This document shows positions 29,703-40,050 of a stretch of 64,000 nt of DNA, piece by piece. Made by a program: the position numbers and the translations under genes. The notes below the pieces were generated by a model that was not told the origin of the DNA, made no database searches, and saw nothing but the letters and a program-made list of their open reading frames with translations. The stretch's first letter is position 1. The number at the start of each line of letters is the position of its first letter. Where the stretch lies: assembly GCA_963662465.1 (NCBI GenBank), contig OY759599.1, positions 1,600,001-1,664,000 on the forward strand, read 5' to 3'. This DNA comes from Desulfatiglandales bacterium. GTDB lineage: Bacteria > Desulfobacterota > DSM-4660 > Desulfatiglandales > Desulfatiglandaceae.

Positions 29703-32700
29703 TTATGGATTTGATCCGGCCAGAACCGCTTCGATCACCTGCACCAATCGGTCTGCTTCGAAGGGCTTCTGGATCAGGATGATTTCCGGGCCCACAATTC
29801 CGCGCTCGGCAATGACGTTTTCCGGGTATCCGGACATGTAAACCACTTTCAATGAGGGCTTGTGGGTCTTAAGGTTTTCGTACAACAGGCGTCCGTTCAT
29901 GCCCGGCAGCACCACATCGGTCAGAAGGAGCCCCACGCCTTCGCCTTCATGGGCGAACAGCCTTTGGGCATCGTCGGGATTGCCTGCGTGAAGTACGCTG
30001 TAGCCATAATTTTTAAGGGTCCTGACGCAAAGCTTCAGCACCACGGGGTCATCATCCACCACCAGGATTTTCCCCGTGACCGATACTTGGGGCACGAATC
30101 TTGTTTCCTTCTCCGGGGACGGCGGTTCATCGTCGCATGTCGGCAGATAGATATTGAAAGTGGCGCCCTTGTCAGGCTCGCTGGATACGGAAATATGACC
30201 GTCATGCTGTTTGACGATGCCGTACACCGTTGCCAGTCCCAGGCCGGTTCCCTCGCCTAACTTCTTCGTGGTGAAAAACGGTTCGAAAATATGGGATTGG
30301 GTGGCTTCATCCATACCCATTCCCGTGTCCGAGACGGCCATCATGACGTACTTTCCGGGCGTAACCCCGGAATGGCGGTCGGCATAGGTCTGGTCCAGCG
30401 TTACGTTGGCCGTTTTAAGGGTGAGCATCCCACCCTTCGGCATGGCGTGGCGGGCATTTACCGCCAGGTTCATGAGAATCTGATCCATTTGTCCTGTATC
30501 CGCTTTCACCCGTCCCAGGTTCTGGGCCGTTTCAATGGTAAGCTTGATGTCCTCCTCCAGAAGCCTGCCCAGCATCTTTCTCAAGTCCAGAATCTGTGCA
30601 TTCAGATCCAGAACCATGGGCTGAAGCGGCTGTCGACGGCTGAAGGCGAGGAGTTGACGGGTGATGTTGGCCGCCTTATCGGCCTGCTTATTGACTTCCA
30701 GAAGGTCTTTATATGCTGGAGAACTCTCTTCCGTCTCGACCAGGGCCAGTTGCGTAAAGCCCTTGATCCCCATCAGGCAGTTGTTGAAGTCATGGGCTAC
30801 GCCGCCCGCCAGTTGCCCTATCGACTCCAACCGCTGTATTTGTCGGAGTTCGGCCTCCACCTTTTCTTTTTCCGCCCTGGCCCGATTCCGATCCAGCCGC
30901 GTGCGGATAGCGGCGATGCCAAAGGCCATATCATCGGCCAATTGCACCAGGAGCTCTTTTTCCGATTCGTCAAAAGCATCCATTTTGTTTGAAACGACCA
31001 CCAGCGCACCTAATGTTCCAAGGGCTGAAATCAAGGGAAGGGAAATGCAGGATCGGAAACCCCGATCCAGGGCCGCATCCCGCCAGGGCGCAAATCCCGG
31101 ATCTGTGGCAATATCCCTGGAAATAATGGGTTGGCCCGTTCGAATGGCTGTGCCGGTGGGCCCCCGGCCTTTTTCCGTATCCGCCCAGGAGAGGTCCAAT
31201 AGTTCCAGGTAGCCTTTCTTAACACCGGCATAGGACACGGAGCGTATGGTTTTTTCCGCGTCATGTTCCGCAAAGGCGACCCATGTCAGTGCATAACCGC
31301 CTCTTTCCACAATGGTCGTACAGATTTGTTTCAGCAAACTCTCTTCTTCCTTGGCGCGGATGAGAATTTCATTGCACAGGGTGATGACCAGCAGGGATCG
31401 ATTGGCTCTTCGAAGCGATTCCTCAGCATTTTTTCGGCCGGTAATATCCCTGGCCACGGATACGCTGCCGATCACCTTTCCCTCACACCGGAGAGGCTCC
31501 CCGCTGATTTCCGCCCATTTTCGGGTGCCGTCCCGGGCAACAAATTCGTATACGACCATTTCCAACCGCTCACCTGAAAACATGCGCTGGGCGTCAGCCA
31601 CCGCTGTTGCCAGGTATTCCGGGGCTAAGAGCCCCAGGTCCATGACCGGAATATCCACCAGCTCATGGGGAGGATAGCCCAGCACTCTTTCCACCGAAGG
31701 CGTTATGCGCTGGATCCTGAGTTGCAGGTCCAGGGTGTAAACCACGTCAAATACGTTGTCGAACAGCACTTGAAACTGTTGCTCGCTTTCTCGGAGCTTT
31801 GACTCCGCCGCCCGCCGCTCCGACTCGCTTTTTTCAAGCCCTTCAGCCATTTGGTCAAAGGCCCGGGCCAGTTCGTTGATTTCCCCTTTTTTCCCGGTGA
31901 TGCCGGTGCGTGCGGAAAGATCCCCCTCTTGGAGACGTCTTGTGGCCTTCAGCAACCGCTGAGCAGGCCGCACAATCAGCCATCCCCCGAAGAACCAGGC
32001 TGCCAGCATTACTGCCGCCGCCGCGATCCCCGCCAGGATGAGATAGATTGTTATGGAGCGGGCGACAGGTATGAAGGCAACGCTCCTGGGGATGCCGACG
32101 CTCAGGAAGGTCTCTGTCGCGCCGGATACCAATGGCGCCAGGCCGTACAGGCGCCGTATGCCGTCCAGGCCCTTGGCTTCGATCACACCCTTCTTTTGAG
32201 CCAACATCCGTTCAATAACCGGGGCATGGGGAAAGGATTGCCCGACCCATTTTGCGGGATCAGGGGTTCGCATTAACACAGTACCGCTCTTGTCCACGAC
32301 GCGGACCGTGGTTCCCGCGGGCAGATTGATGGAAGCGAAGAAGTCTCGATATGTCAGATCCAGTCCCGCTATGATCACCGTGACGACCCGGCCCTGATGG
32401 TCCAGGGCGGGATATGCCAGGGGACAGATGGCTTTCCCGCTCAGCGGGCCGATCTCATAGGTTCCCATGACAAAATCGCGGCGCTTCAATACCTCCCTGA
32501 ACCATGGTTTGTCGGTAAAATTATGCGGTTGATCCAGGGAAAAAGAACTGGTCAGAAGATCCCCGTTGGGGCTGACCGTTAGAAAGCCGGTATAGCCTTC
32601 CGAGTTCGCCCGCAGGTTGGAAAAGACTTCGGTGCAGGCGGCCTTGTCGTGTTGTTGTACCTGGGGTAGTTGAGAAAGGGTAAACAGGATCTGGCGGGCA

Positions 32701-32891
32701 TCGCGAATGCGACATTCCCACAGGTTTGCCGCCCCTTCGGCCAGATCCAGCGCATGCTGTTGGGCCTGGTCAACGTCGTGGCGGATGTGTTCCAGGCCGG
32801 AGTAGCCGATGATCAAGAGCGAGGGAAGAACCGCGGCAAACACGAGAAGGGTGATGCGTGTCCGCAAACTGAAAAACGAAAACCGGTTCAT
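29703..32891 (-). CDS. Hybrid sensor histidine kinase (Cache-HAMP-PAS-GAF-HisKA-HATPase-REC)
   Basis: Two TM segments; [28 protein letters not shown]-terminal REC. Confidence 0.92.
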   Translation of the reverse strand: MNRFSFFSLRTRITLLVFAAVLPSLLIIGYSGLEHIRHDVDQAQQHALDLAEGAANLWECRIRDARQILFTLSQLPQVQQHDKAACTEVFSNLRANSEGYTGFLTVSPNGDLLTSSFSLDQPHNFTDKPWFREVLKRRDFVMGTYEIGPLSGKAICPLAYPALDHQGRVVTVIIAGLDLTYRDFFASINLPAGTTVRVVDKSGTVLMRTPDPAKWVGQSFPHAPVIERMLAQKKGVIEAKGLDGIRRLYGLAPLVSGATETFLSVGIPRSVAFIPVARSITIYLILAGIAAAAVMLAAWFFGGWLIVRPAQRLLKATRRLQEGDLSARTGITGKKGEINELARAFDQMAEGLEKSESERRAAESKLRESEQQFQVLFDNVFDVVYTLDLQLRIQRITPSVERVLGYPPHELVDIPVMDLGLLAPEYLATAVADAQRMFSGERLEMVVYEFVARDGTRKWAEISGEPLRCEGKVIGSVSVARDITGRKNAEESLRRANRSLLVITLCNEILIRAKEEESLLKQICTTIVERGGYALTWVAFAEHDAEKTIRSVSYAGVKKGYLELLDLSWADTEKGRGPTGTAIRTGQPIISRDIATDPGFAPWRDAALDRGFRSCISLPLISALGTLGALVVVSNKMDAFDESEKELLVQLADDMAFGIAAIRTRLDRNRARAEKEKVEAELRQIQRLESIGQLAGGVAHDFNNCLMGIKGFTQLALVETEESSPAYKDLLEVNKQADKAANITRQLLAFSRRQPLQPMVLDLNAQILDLRKMLGRLLEEDIKLTIETAQNLGRVKADTGQMDQILMNLAVNARHAMPKGGMLTLKTANVTLDQTYADRHSGVTPGKYVMMAVSDTGMGMDEATQSHIFEPFFTTKKLGEGTGLGLATVYGIVKQHDGHISVSSEPDKGATFNIYLPTCDDEPPSPEKETRFVPQVSVTGKILVVDDDPVVLKLCVRTLKNYGYSVLHAGNPDDAQRLFAHEGEGVGLLLTDVVLPGMNGRLLYENLKTHKPSLKVVYMSGYPENVIAERGIVGPEIILIQKPFEADRLVQVIEAVLAGSNP

Positions 32892-32925
32892 GGCGGGGTC
32901 CTCCCTTTGTCACAATGTCAAAACC

Positions 32926-33504
32926 TCAAGTTTGTCCAAGAAGCTTTCTGATTTCATTCATCAGTGTTTTTTCTTCGATGGGCTTTGCCAGGTAGCCGTC
33001 AGCGCCGGCTTCTAAAATCCGGTTTTGATTCTCTTCCGTATCGTATCCGGTAATGGCGATAATTTTGATGTGGGCGGTGTCCGGGTCATTTTTGACCCGC
33101 CGGCACGTATCAAACCCGTCCATCCCAGGCATGAACAGGTCCAGAAGAATTATTCCCGGTTTGAACGTCATGACCTTGGTTCCGGCCTGGAAACCGTCTT
33201 CAGCGGTTTCGGTCAGATATCCGTGCAGATTTAGAAGTTTTACGATCAACGTTCGAATCCCGAGATCATCATCGACAATCAGGATTCGATTGGCTTCTGG
33301 CGTATAGCTTCCAAAGGGGTACATTCCCCTGTCGCGCATGAAGTTTTCAAGGTCTTTCCGATGGATTCGGTATTGCCCCCCCGGGGTCAAAGATGCCTTT
33401 ATTTCACCGGATTTTACGTACTTCCAAACTGTTACCCTGTTGAGAAGACATATTTTGGCCGCCTGGGGAATGCTGAGAATTTCCTTATTCACGCTTGGCT
33501 CCAT
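32926..33504 (-). CDS. Response regulator with N-terminal excisionase-like HTH
   Basis: LSIPQAAKIC..TPGGQYRI HTH, then ILIVDDD..LDLFMPG REC. Confidence 0.88.
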   Translation of the reverse strand: MEPSVNKEILSIPQAAKICLLNRVTVWKYVKSGEIKASLTPGGQYRIHRKDLENFMRDRGMYPFGSYTPEANRILIVDDDLGIRTLIVKLLNLHGYLTETAEDGFQAGTKVMTFKPGIILLDLFMPGMDGFDTCRRVKNDPDTAHIKIIAITGYDTEENQNRILEAGADGYLAKPIEEKTLMNEIRKLLGQT

Positions 33505-33612
33505 GGTTGAAAAGTTATCCAACCTAAAAAATAGAAACATCAGAATAAACGGAATGAATATATAGGATACGGCATGGCCCTGTCAATCATGTTTTCGCGG
33601 GTTTAAGGGGGG

Positions 33613-34830
33613 TTACAGATGATAGGATTTCAATTCAAGCAGCTTTTTGTCCTGGGTGGCAACGATGTGATAAAACCGGTCCTGGGGCACATAAATGTAG
33701 GGGACATCTTCCTCTCTTCGGTAGAGAAAATGACTGAGGATCATGCGATTGACGGCCCGGTGCCCCACGATGATGATGCTCTGTGAATCCTGGCTTAAAT
33801 AGAGGGCTTTCTTGATCCCCATATCCACCCGGTATTTCATGGACGTATACCCCTCACCATCCGGATACACATAGTTATACTTATCCTTTTTCCTGGCCAG
33901 AAACACATGGGGCATTTGTTTGCGAATCTCTTCATAGCTCATGCACTCACAGGCGCCGCTGTCGATTTCGTTAAACTCCTTCAGGGGAATAATGGTACAT
34001 TTTGCCTGTAACGCCTTGATGGGAACCGCCGTCTGGAGGGTCCGCTTCTTTTCGCTGGTGAAAATCACCGGAACACTTTTTTTGCTGAAATAGCGGGCCA
34101 GGGCCCGGGCCTGGGTCATACCGTTTTCCGTCAGGGGCGAGTCGCCGCCAATGCGGTTTTCCAGATTGAAAAAGGTTTCTCCATGGCGAAGCAGGAATAG
34201 ATTTTTGACCGTATCCGTTACCAGAAAATCCCGAATCCGGTCCCAGTAGGGGATCTTGTCCGTAATTTCTTCCTTCAGAATTTTGTTGTTCAGGGAATCC
34301 AGCTTGACGAAATTCCGTTCCGTCTCCAGAGGGGTATAGATGGTTTGATAGTAACCGATTCTTCGACGGAAACTCTGCATGGCTTCTTCTTTCGCCAAAT
34401 GATTGAATTCCGGAAGCGCCACCTTTCTCTGGAGACTGGCCTTGAGAATTTTCTCATCTCCGTTGATGCATTCGATAAAGAGAATCGGATGGTCCCCGAT
34501 AGCCCCGGAAATTTTATTTCTGCGCTGAAGACTGACATTGGTGGCATCGAGAATGGCCACATGGCCCGTCCGTTCCAGATAGTCTTTGGCCCGCCCGATA
34601 TTGGCAATGGCAATTTTTTCCCTGAGTTCAACCCCCTGCTGGTTATTCGGATCATAGAATTCGGGCCGGGAACTCTCGATGCCGGTGAGTTTCCGCCTCA
34701 GATCGCCGTTGTTGAAAATGCCGGTCTTGATGCCGTATTTGGTGAGGTTTTCTTTCAGCCTGTTGGCGATGGTGGATTTCCCTCTGGCGGGAAGCCCCAC
34801 CATGACAATGTAGAGATGGTTGTCATGCAT
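33613..34830 (-). CDS. Bifunctional 6-phosphofructo-2-kinase/fructose-2,6-bisphosphatase-like protein
   Basis: MVGLPARGKS (P-loop), LDATN; phosphatase LLRHGET, RIGGDSPL, NEIDSG, KYNYVYPDGEGY, IVGHRAV, VPYIYVP. Confidence 0.9.
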   Translation of the reverse strand: MHDNHLYIVMVGLPARGKSTIANRLKENLTKYGIKTGIFNNGDLRRKLTGIESSRPEFYDPNNQQGVELREKIAIANIGRAKDYLERTGHVAILDATNVSLQRRNKISGAIGDHPILFIECINGDEKILKASLQRKVALPEFNHLAKEEAMQSFRRRIGYYQTIYTPLETERNFVKLDSLNNKILKEEITDKIPYWDRIRDFLVTDTVKNLFLLRHGETFFNLENRIGGDSPLTENGMTQARALARYFSKKSVPVIFTSEKKRTLQTAVPIKALQAKCTIIPLKEFNEIDSGACECMSYEEIRKQMPHVFLARKKDKYNYVYPDGEGYTSMKYRVDMGIKKALYLSQDSQSIIIVGHRAVNRMILSHFLYRREEDVPYIYVPQDRFYHIVATQDKKLLELKSYHL

Positions 34831-34957
34831 GGTTCATGAACTCCGAAAATGTTACGGCGTTTACCCTTGATCTTTCCAAAAGAACATCTATAATAAAAAA
34901 GGATTACGGAAGCAACCCAATTTCACCACCCAACATTTCATACGAGGAGGTAATCGC

Positions 34958-35662
34958 ATGGCGCAAACATCCGTATCGAGGCCCAGGTCTGAAGTCCTGG
35001 TGAACGATTTTGTCAGAAGCGTATACAACTGGATGGGCATCGGGCTGGCTCTCACAGCCCTGGTGGCCCTGTATGTTTCCGGAAACGAGGCCCTCACCCG
35101 CCTCATCTTCGGCAATTCCATCATCTTTATCCTGCTCATCGTGGCGGAGCTGGGGCTGGTGTTTGCCATCTCCGGCATGGTGAACAAAATGAGCGCCGGT
35201 ACGGCCACATCTCTATTCGTTCTTTATTCGGCGCTGAACGGCGTTACGCTCTCCTTCATCTTCCTGGCCTATACCCAGACCTCCATCGTCAGCACTTTTT
35301 TTGTGTGCGCCGGAACCTTTGTGGGCTGCAGCATTTACGGCTGGATTACCAAACGGGATCTGACGTCCATGGGCGGATTTTTGATGATGGGTCTCATCGG
35401 CATTATCATCGCATCCCTGGTGAACATGTTTTTCAGAAGCCCCGGCATGAGCATCATCATCAGCTACATCGGGGTCATTGTTTTCGTGGGGCTCACCGCC
35501 TATGACACCCAAAAGCTCAAAAATATGGCCCTCACGCAGCCCGTGGATGCGGACGGGGCCGTGGTCAGGAAAGGGGCGATTCTGGGCGCATTGTCCCTCT
35601 ATCTGGATTTCATCAACCTCTTTTTGATGTTGCTCCGAATCTTCGGTCAGGGACGGGATTAA
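34958..35662 (+). CDS. Bax inhibitor-1/YccA family membrane protein
   Basis: VYNWM, LTAYDTQKLK, GALSLYLDFINLF. Confidence 0.92.
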   Translation: MAQTSVSRPRSEVLVNDFVRSVYNWMGIGLALTALVALYVSGNEALTRLIFGNSIIFILLIVAELGLVFAISGMVNKMSAGTATSLFVLYSALNGVTLSFIFLAYTQTSIVSTFFVCAGTFVGCSIYGWITKRDLTSMGGFLMMGLIGIIIASLVNMFFRSPGMSIIISYIGVIVFVGLTAYDTQKLKNMALTQPVDADGAVVRKGAILGALSLYLDFINLFLMLLRIFGQGRD

Positions 35663-35760
35663 ATTTCCATAGTCTCACTCATTTTCGGTTTACAAAATCC
35701 TCCTGATTAAATCGTTTTTTTGTCGGGGGGATTTTTTTTGGGGTACATGCGCTTCAAGAA

Positions 35761-36420
35761 ATGGTGAAACAGAGCAAAACATTTGTAATCGGGGACGTCC
35801 ATGGCCGTCTTGGCATGCTTACAAGGCTCATGGATAAAATTCCATGGCGGCCGGGCCGGGATGCCCTGATTTTTCTGGGAGATTATGTGGACCGGGGGCC
35901 GGATTCCATAGGTGTTGTGGACTACATCCTGTCGTTGACCCGGAACCATGCCCGGATCACTTGTATTATGGGAAACCACGAGGATATGCTGCTGGATTAC
36001 CTGTCGGGCGTGAATCGGAATTTGTACCTGGCCAACGGCGGTCTTACCACCCTGAAGGCGTACCGATCTGAACAGAACCCGGGAACCCCATTATTTGCCG
36101 GCGACATCCCCCGTGACCACATGGCTTTCTATACTTCCCTTAAACCCTTCATTGAGCTGGAGCATCATTATCTGGTTCACGCCGGGTTTAGGCCGGGCAT
36201 TCCCATGGCGCGGCAGAGCAGGACAGATATGATGTGGATTCGGGAACCCTTTATTTCCTCAACCTTTGATTTCGGGAAAAAAGTTGTTTTTGGTCATACG
36301 CCTTTTCCGGAACCCCTGGTCATGGCCAACAAAATCGGAGTGGATACGGGCGCGGCCTACGGCAAACGGCTTACCTGCCTTGAATTGCCGGCTGAAACTT
36401 TTTATTTTGTGAGTGGGTAA
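35761..36420 (+). CDS. PPP-family (calcineurin-like) Ser/Thr phosphatase / metallophosphoesterase
   Basis: GDVHG, GDYVDRG, GNHE, VHAG, FGHTP, DTGA. Confidence 0.9.
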   Translation: MVKQSKTFVIGDVHGRLGMLTRLMDKIPWRPGRDALIFLGDYVDRGPDSIGVVDYILSLTRNHARITCIMGNHEDMLLDYLSGVNRNLYLANGGLTTLKAYRSEQNPGTPLFAGDIPRDHMAFYTSLKPFIELEHHYLVHAGFRPGIPMARQSRTDMMWIREPFISSTFDFGKKVVFGHTPFPEPLVMANKIGVDTGAAYGKRLTCLELPAETFYFVSG

Positions 36421-36424
36421 ACTA

Positions 36425-36491
36425 TTGTCAGGGGCAGGGGGCAGGTGTTCCCCATCCTGCCCCCTGACAACTGCCCCCTGCACCCTGTGAA
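36425..36491. repeat. REP-like palindromic element between convergent genes
   Basis: TTGTCAGGGGCAGG / CCTGCCCCCTGACAA; related inverted copy at 63497-63587. Confidence 0.65.
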
Positions 36492-36495
36492 TAGA

Positions 36496-37530
36496 CTATG
36501 AAATGTCCCCGCCAATGAATTTTTCCGCCAGTTCCACATCCTCCCGGTTTCCAATATAGAGGGGCACCCGCTGGTGAAGTTCTTTCGGGTCGATTTCAAG
36601 GATCGGGCCATGGCCGTCGCTGGCGTACCCACCCGCTTCCCTGGCCACCATGGCAAGGGGATTGGCCTCCACCATCAACCGCAGTTTTCCCGTGGGCTTT
36701 TTGGGATCTTTCCGGTCTGCGGGATACATGAAAATCCCCCCCTTTAACAGATTTCGGTGGAAATCCGCCACCAGGCTTCCCACATATCGGGCGGAATAGG
36801 GCCGGCCGCTTTCCCGGTCGACGGCCTTGAAGTGATCAACGAGTGCTCTCGTGTTTTCATCCCAATAGGCGTAGTTTCCCTCATTGACGCTATAGGTCTT
36901 TGATTTTTCGGGTATCTGAATGTTTTCATGTGAAAGGAGAAATTCTCCAACGCTGGGGTAGAGGGTAAATCCATGCACGCCCGTTCCATTGCCCGTGGTG
37001 TACACCATCATGGTGCTGGAGCCATAGATGAAGTAACCGGCCGCCACCTGGTGCATGCCGGGTTGCAACACATCGTTTAAAAGGCAGTCGATATCGGTCT
37101 CTTCACTGTTTTTCTTGTAAACGCCGAAGATAGTGCCGATACTCACATTCACATCGATATTGCTGGATCCGTCGAGGGGATCAAACAGAATAATATAGTT
37201 TCCTTTGGGGAACCGGGGGGGGATGTCGATCAGATCCGCGTTTTCTTCGGAGCCCATACAGCAGAGCTGGCCGATGTGCTGCATTCGTTCGATCACCACC
37301 TGGTTGGCAAAGATGTCGAGCTTTTGCACCTGTTCATTCTGAACGTTGATTTTTCCGGTTGCGCCCAGGATGTCCGCAAGCCCCGCCTTGTTCACTTCTC
37401 TGGAAATTACCTTTGCCGCAACGATCAGTTCGTTGAGCAGGATTGTGAAAGCGCCCGTGGCTTCCGGATTTTGTCGCTGCTGCCTCAAAAGATGTTGCAT
37501 AATGGTGGTGCCGACTTCTTTATTTTCCAT
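36496..37530 (-). CDS. fbp: Fructose-1,6-bisphosphatase class 1
   Basis: KLD, SEE, FDPLDGSSNIDVN, YSVNEGN, RYVGSLVADFHR, GKLRLMVE. Confidence 0.95.
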   Translation of the reverse strand: MENKEVGTTIMQHLLRQQRQNPEATGAFTILLNELIVAAKVISREVNKAGLADILGATGKINVQNEQVQKLDIFANQVVIERMQHIGQLCCMGSEENADLIDIPPRFPKGNYIILFDPLDGSSNIDVNVSIGTIFGVYKKNSEETDIDCLLNDVLQPGMHQVAAGYFIYGSSTMMVYTTGNGTGVHGFTLYPSVGEFLLSHENIQIPEKSKTYSVNEGNYAYWDENTRALVDHFKAVDRESGRPYSARYVGSLVADFHRNLLKGGIFMYPADRKDPKKPTGKLRLMVEANPLAMVAREAGGYASDGHGPILEIDPKELHQRVPLYIGNREDVELAEKFIGGDIS

Positions 37531-37562
37531 CTTCCCATCTCCTTTCCTGTGCGAATTGATCA

Positions 37563-38051
37563 TCAATATTTCAACAGGGAATCCCAGAACTCCGGATCTT
37601 CATTTCGCCAGTTGGCGCCGAACCTTCGGTCGCAGAATGTGCTTAACCTGTCGTACCATTTGGCCCATACGTTTTTGTCTTGTTCCAAAGCTTCAAGGAT
37701 GTCCGCCAGATATATATCTACTTTCCCCATTTCATCCTTGGGGACGTAGTAGCAGGCGCCCTTTTCAAATGATTTTTTCAGATTGTTCTGGTTCAGAGCA
37801 TGGGCCGTGAGCATCAAAACCGGAATATCCCTTCCCTTGGCCAATTCCAGAAGTTCATAGCCGCGCACCCCCATGATGTCCAAAACCGCTGCGTCGTAGT
37901 GGTGGGTTTCAAGAAGGTTTTTCGCTTCTTCATAGGATGTTGCCCGATGAACCTCGCTGGTTTCCAACAGTTCCGACAAGAAATCAAGGATGTCTATTTC
38001 ATCGTCAACAAGCAGAATTTTCTTTCCTTCCAAGACCTTTTCAGGGTTCAT
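37563..38051 (-). CDS. Response regulator (REC with a short C-terminal extension)
   Basis: ILLVDDE, LDIMGV, MLTAHA. Confidence 0.85.
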   Translation of the reverse strand: MNPEKVLEGKKILLVDDEIDILDFLSELLETSEVHRATSYEEAKNLLETHHYDAAVLDIMGVRGYELLELAKGRDIPVLMLTAHALNQNNLKKSFEKGACYYVPKDEMGKVDIYLADILEALEQDKNVWAKWYDRLSTFCDRRFGANWRNEDPEFWDSLLKY

Positions 38052-38094
38052 TCGCTGTCCTCCTTTTATGCAATCCGTCTTTCAGCAGATAAGT

Positions 38095-39174
38095 TTATAC
38101 GGCTTTGTCTCGATATTCAAGTCTATATATCTCTGCCAGCGTCAAAAATATGGTGATAATCAGAGGGCCATAAATAATTCCCAGGATTCCAAACACCTTA
38201 ATCCCCCCGATAATCCCGATGAACACCAGGAGTGCATTCATTTGCATCCCCTGTCCGATGAGTCTGGGTTTCACCAGATATTCGATGATTGAGCTGTACG
38301 ATACATTGTAAATCAGATATCCCCATCCAATCCCCGTATTGCCATGTAAAAACAGAAGGGCCGCGGTGGGAATAAACACGGCCGAAGCCCCGATAATGGG
38401 GAGAAACGCCATGAAGCAGATGACGGTTCCCCAGAGGAAGGGTGAATCCAGACCAAAGAAGTAAAATCCCAACCCCCCCAGAATTCCCTGCACAATTCCG
38501 GAAAGTCCGTTCCCCACCACAACGGCCCTTCCCATTTCATGGAATTTAGAGGTTAGCTTTTCCAGTTGATCCTCGGGTACGGGCAGGAGTTCGAAAAAAT
38601 ACCGCTTCAATCTTGCGCCATCCTTAAAGAGATAGTACATGGTGAGGGCCATCAGAAAAAATTGAATCAGAAAGTTGAGCAGATTTGAGGCCATACTTCT
38701 GATCTGGTCGTACAAAAACAATCCGATGTTTTTCCCGATGGAAGACGCCAGTTCCTCAATGGTATCCGGCGTAATGTTGAGCCCGGTCATGTCGTTTAGT
38801 TTTTCAAAACGCTCGCCCCAGACCGGGTCGTCTTTCACGATTTTTTTTATTTTGCTGAGCGATACCTGATTGCTGCTCTTCTTGTAAAATTCGTAGGCCT
38901 CATTGGAGAGGGTGCTGATAAACCAGCTCACGGGAATAATCAATATGATCAGGATAAAGAAGGTGACGCAAAGGGACGCCAGTACCTCCCGATGTCGCAC
39001 GAGAGTCTTAACCCTTGCATATGCGGGATAAAAAACGCTGACAATGAGCATTGCCAGAATAATGGCCGACAAAAAAGTCCAGAAGAGCTTCAGGAGCAAC
39101 AACAGAGAGCAGAGCAGAAAAATAAGAAAAAATCTAGCGCCTTGTTGTTTGTCCATACACGTCGGATTTACCAT
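38095..39174 (-). CDS. AI-2E family transporter
   Basis: Multi-TM; FLPIIG, YLVKPRL, GIIGGIKVFGILGIIYGP. Confidence 0.9.
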   Translation of the reverse strand: MVNPTCMDKQQGARFFLIFLLCSLLLLLKLFWTFLSAIILAMLIVSVFYPAYARVKTLVRHREVLASLCVTFFILIILIIPVSWFISTLSNEAYEFYKKSSNQVSLSKIKKIVKDDPVWGERFEKLNDMTGLNITPDTIEELASSIGKNIGLFLYDQIRSMASNLLNFLIQFFLMALTMYYLFKDGARLKRYFFELLPVPEDQLEKLTSKFHEMGRAVVVGNGLSGIVQGILGGLGFYFFGLDSPFLWGTVICFMAFLPIIGASAVFIPTAALLFLHGNTGIGWGYLIYNVSYSSIIEYLVKPRLIGQGMQMNALLVFIGIIGGIKVFGILGIIYGPLIITIFLTLAEIYRLEYRDKAV

Positions 39175-39186
39175 GGCAAAATTCCA

Positions 39187-39220
39187 CTCTTAACACTTAA
39201 AATCTAAAACTTAAAACTGC
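39187..39220. repeat. Heptamer (AACTTAA-type) repeat downstream of thiM
   Basis: CTCTTAA CACTTAA AATCTAA AACTTAA AACTGC. Confidence 0.7.
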
Positions 39221-39231
39221 CACTTGCCGCT

Positions 39232-40041
39232 TTAAGACTTAATCCGAACCTTTTTAACCAACTGTTCTGACGTCAGGTTGAATAACGCATCCAGCAGGGC
39301 GGGATGAAAGGAACCCGGGCCTTTTGAAAATGCTGCCGCCGCTTCACCCGCCAGGCCATAAGCCGCCAGGGCTGTCGCAGTCGCTTCAAGGCTGTCGCCA
39401 TCCACGGCCAGAAATGCGCCGATCAGTGCGGTCGCAACGCAGCCGGTTCCCGTGACCTGTCCCATCTGTTCGTGTCCGTTAAACACCCTGAGAACGCGGT
39501 CCCCATCGGTAACCAGATCCACGGGTCCCGTAATGGCAAGGGTGGCGCCCAGTTTTCGAGAAAGGGCGACGGCAGCCGCTTCGGCTTCGTCAACCCCATG
39601 CACCGCGTCCACGCCTTTTGTCCGAGAATCCCCTCCGGCCAAGGAAAGTACCTCCGAGGCATTTCCACGAATCACGCTGATGGAAAGGGCATCCGTCAGT
39701 TTCATGGCCGTGGCGGTGCGAAAGGTGGTGGCCCCGGCGCCCACCGGGTCCAGAACAATGGGAATGTTCAGTTTATTGGCTTTTTTGCCGGCCTTCAGCA
39801 TGCCCTCCACCCAGGGATGCGTCAGGGTGCCGATATTGAGTACCAGGGCGCCGGCAAGGGCGACCATCTCTTCCACTTCTTCCGGCGCATGGGCCATCAC
39901 CGGAGATGCGCCGAAGGCCAGGAGGGCGTTTGCCGTAAAATTCATGACCACGAAGTTGGTAATGTTATGGATCAGAGGCTTTTGATCTCTGAGTGTTGTC
40001 AGGTTTAAAGCGGCTTTATGGGCCAGGTTTTCATCAAACAT
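39232..40041 (-). CDS. thiM: Hydroxyethylthiazole kinase
   Basis: PLIHNITN, LNIGTL, LDPVGAG, IRGNASE, TGTGC. Confidence 0.95.
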   Translation of the reverse strand: MFDENLAHKAALNLTTLRDQKPLIHNITNFVVMNFTANALLAFGASPVMAHAPEEVEEMVALAGALVLNIGTLTHPWVEGMLKAGKKANKLNIPIVLDPVGAGATTFRTATAMKLTDALSISVIRGNASEVLSLAGGDSRTKGVDAVHGVDEAEAAAVALSRKLGATLAITGPVDLVTDGDRVLRVFNGHEQMGQVTGTGCVATALIGAFLAVDGDSLEATATALAAYGLAGEAAAAFSKGPGSFHPALLDALFNLTSEQLVKKVRIKS

Positions 40042-40050
40042 AAGTTCTCC

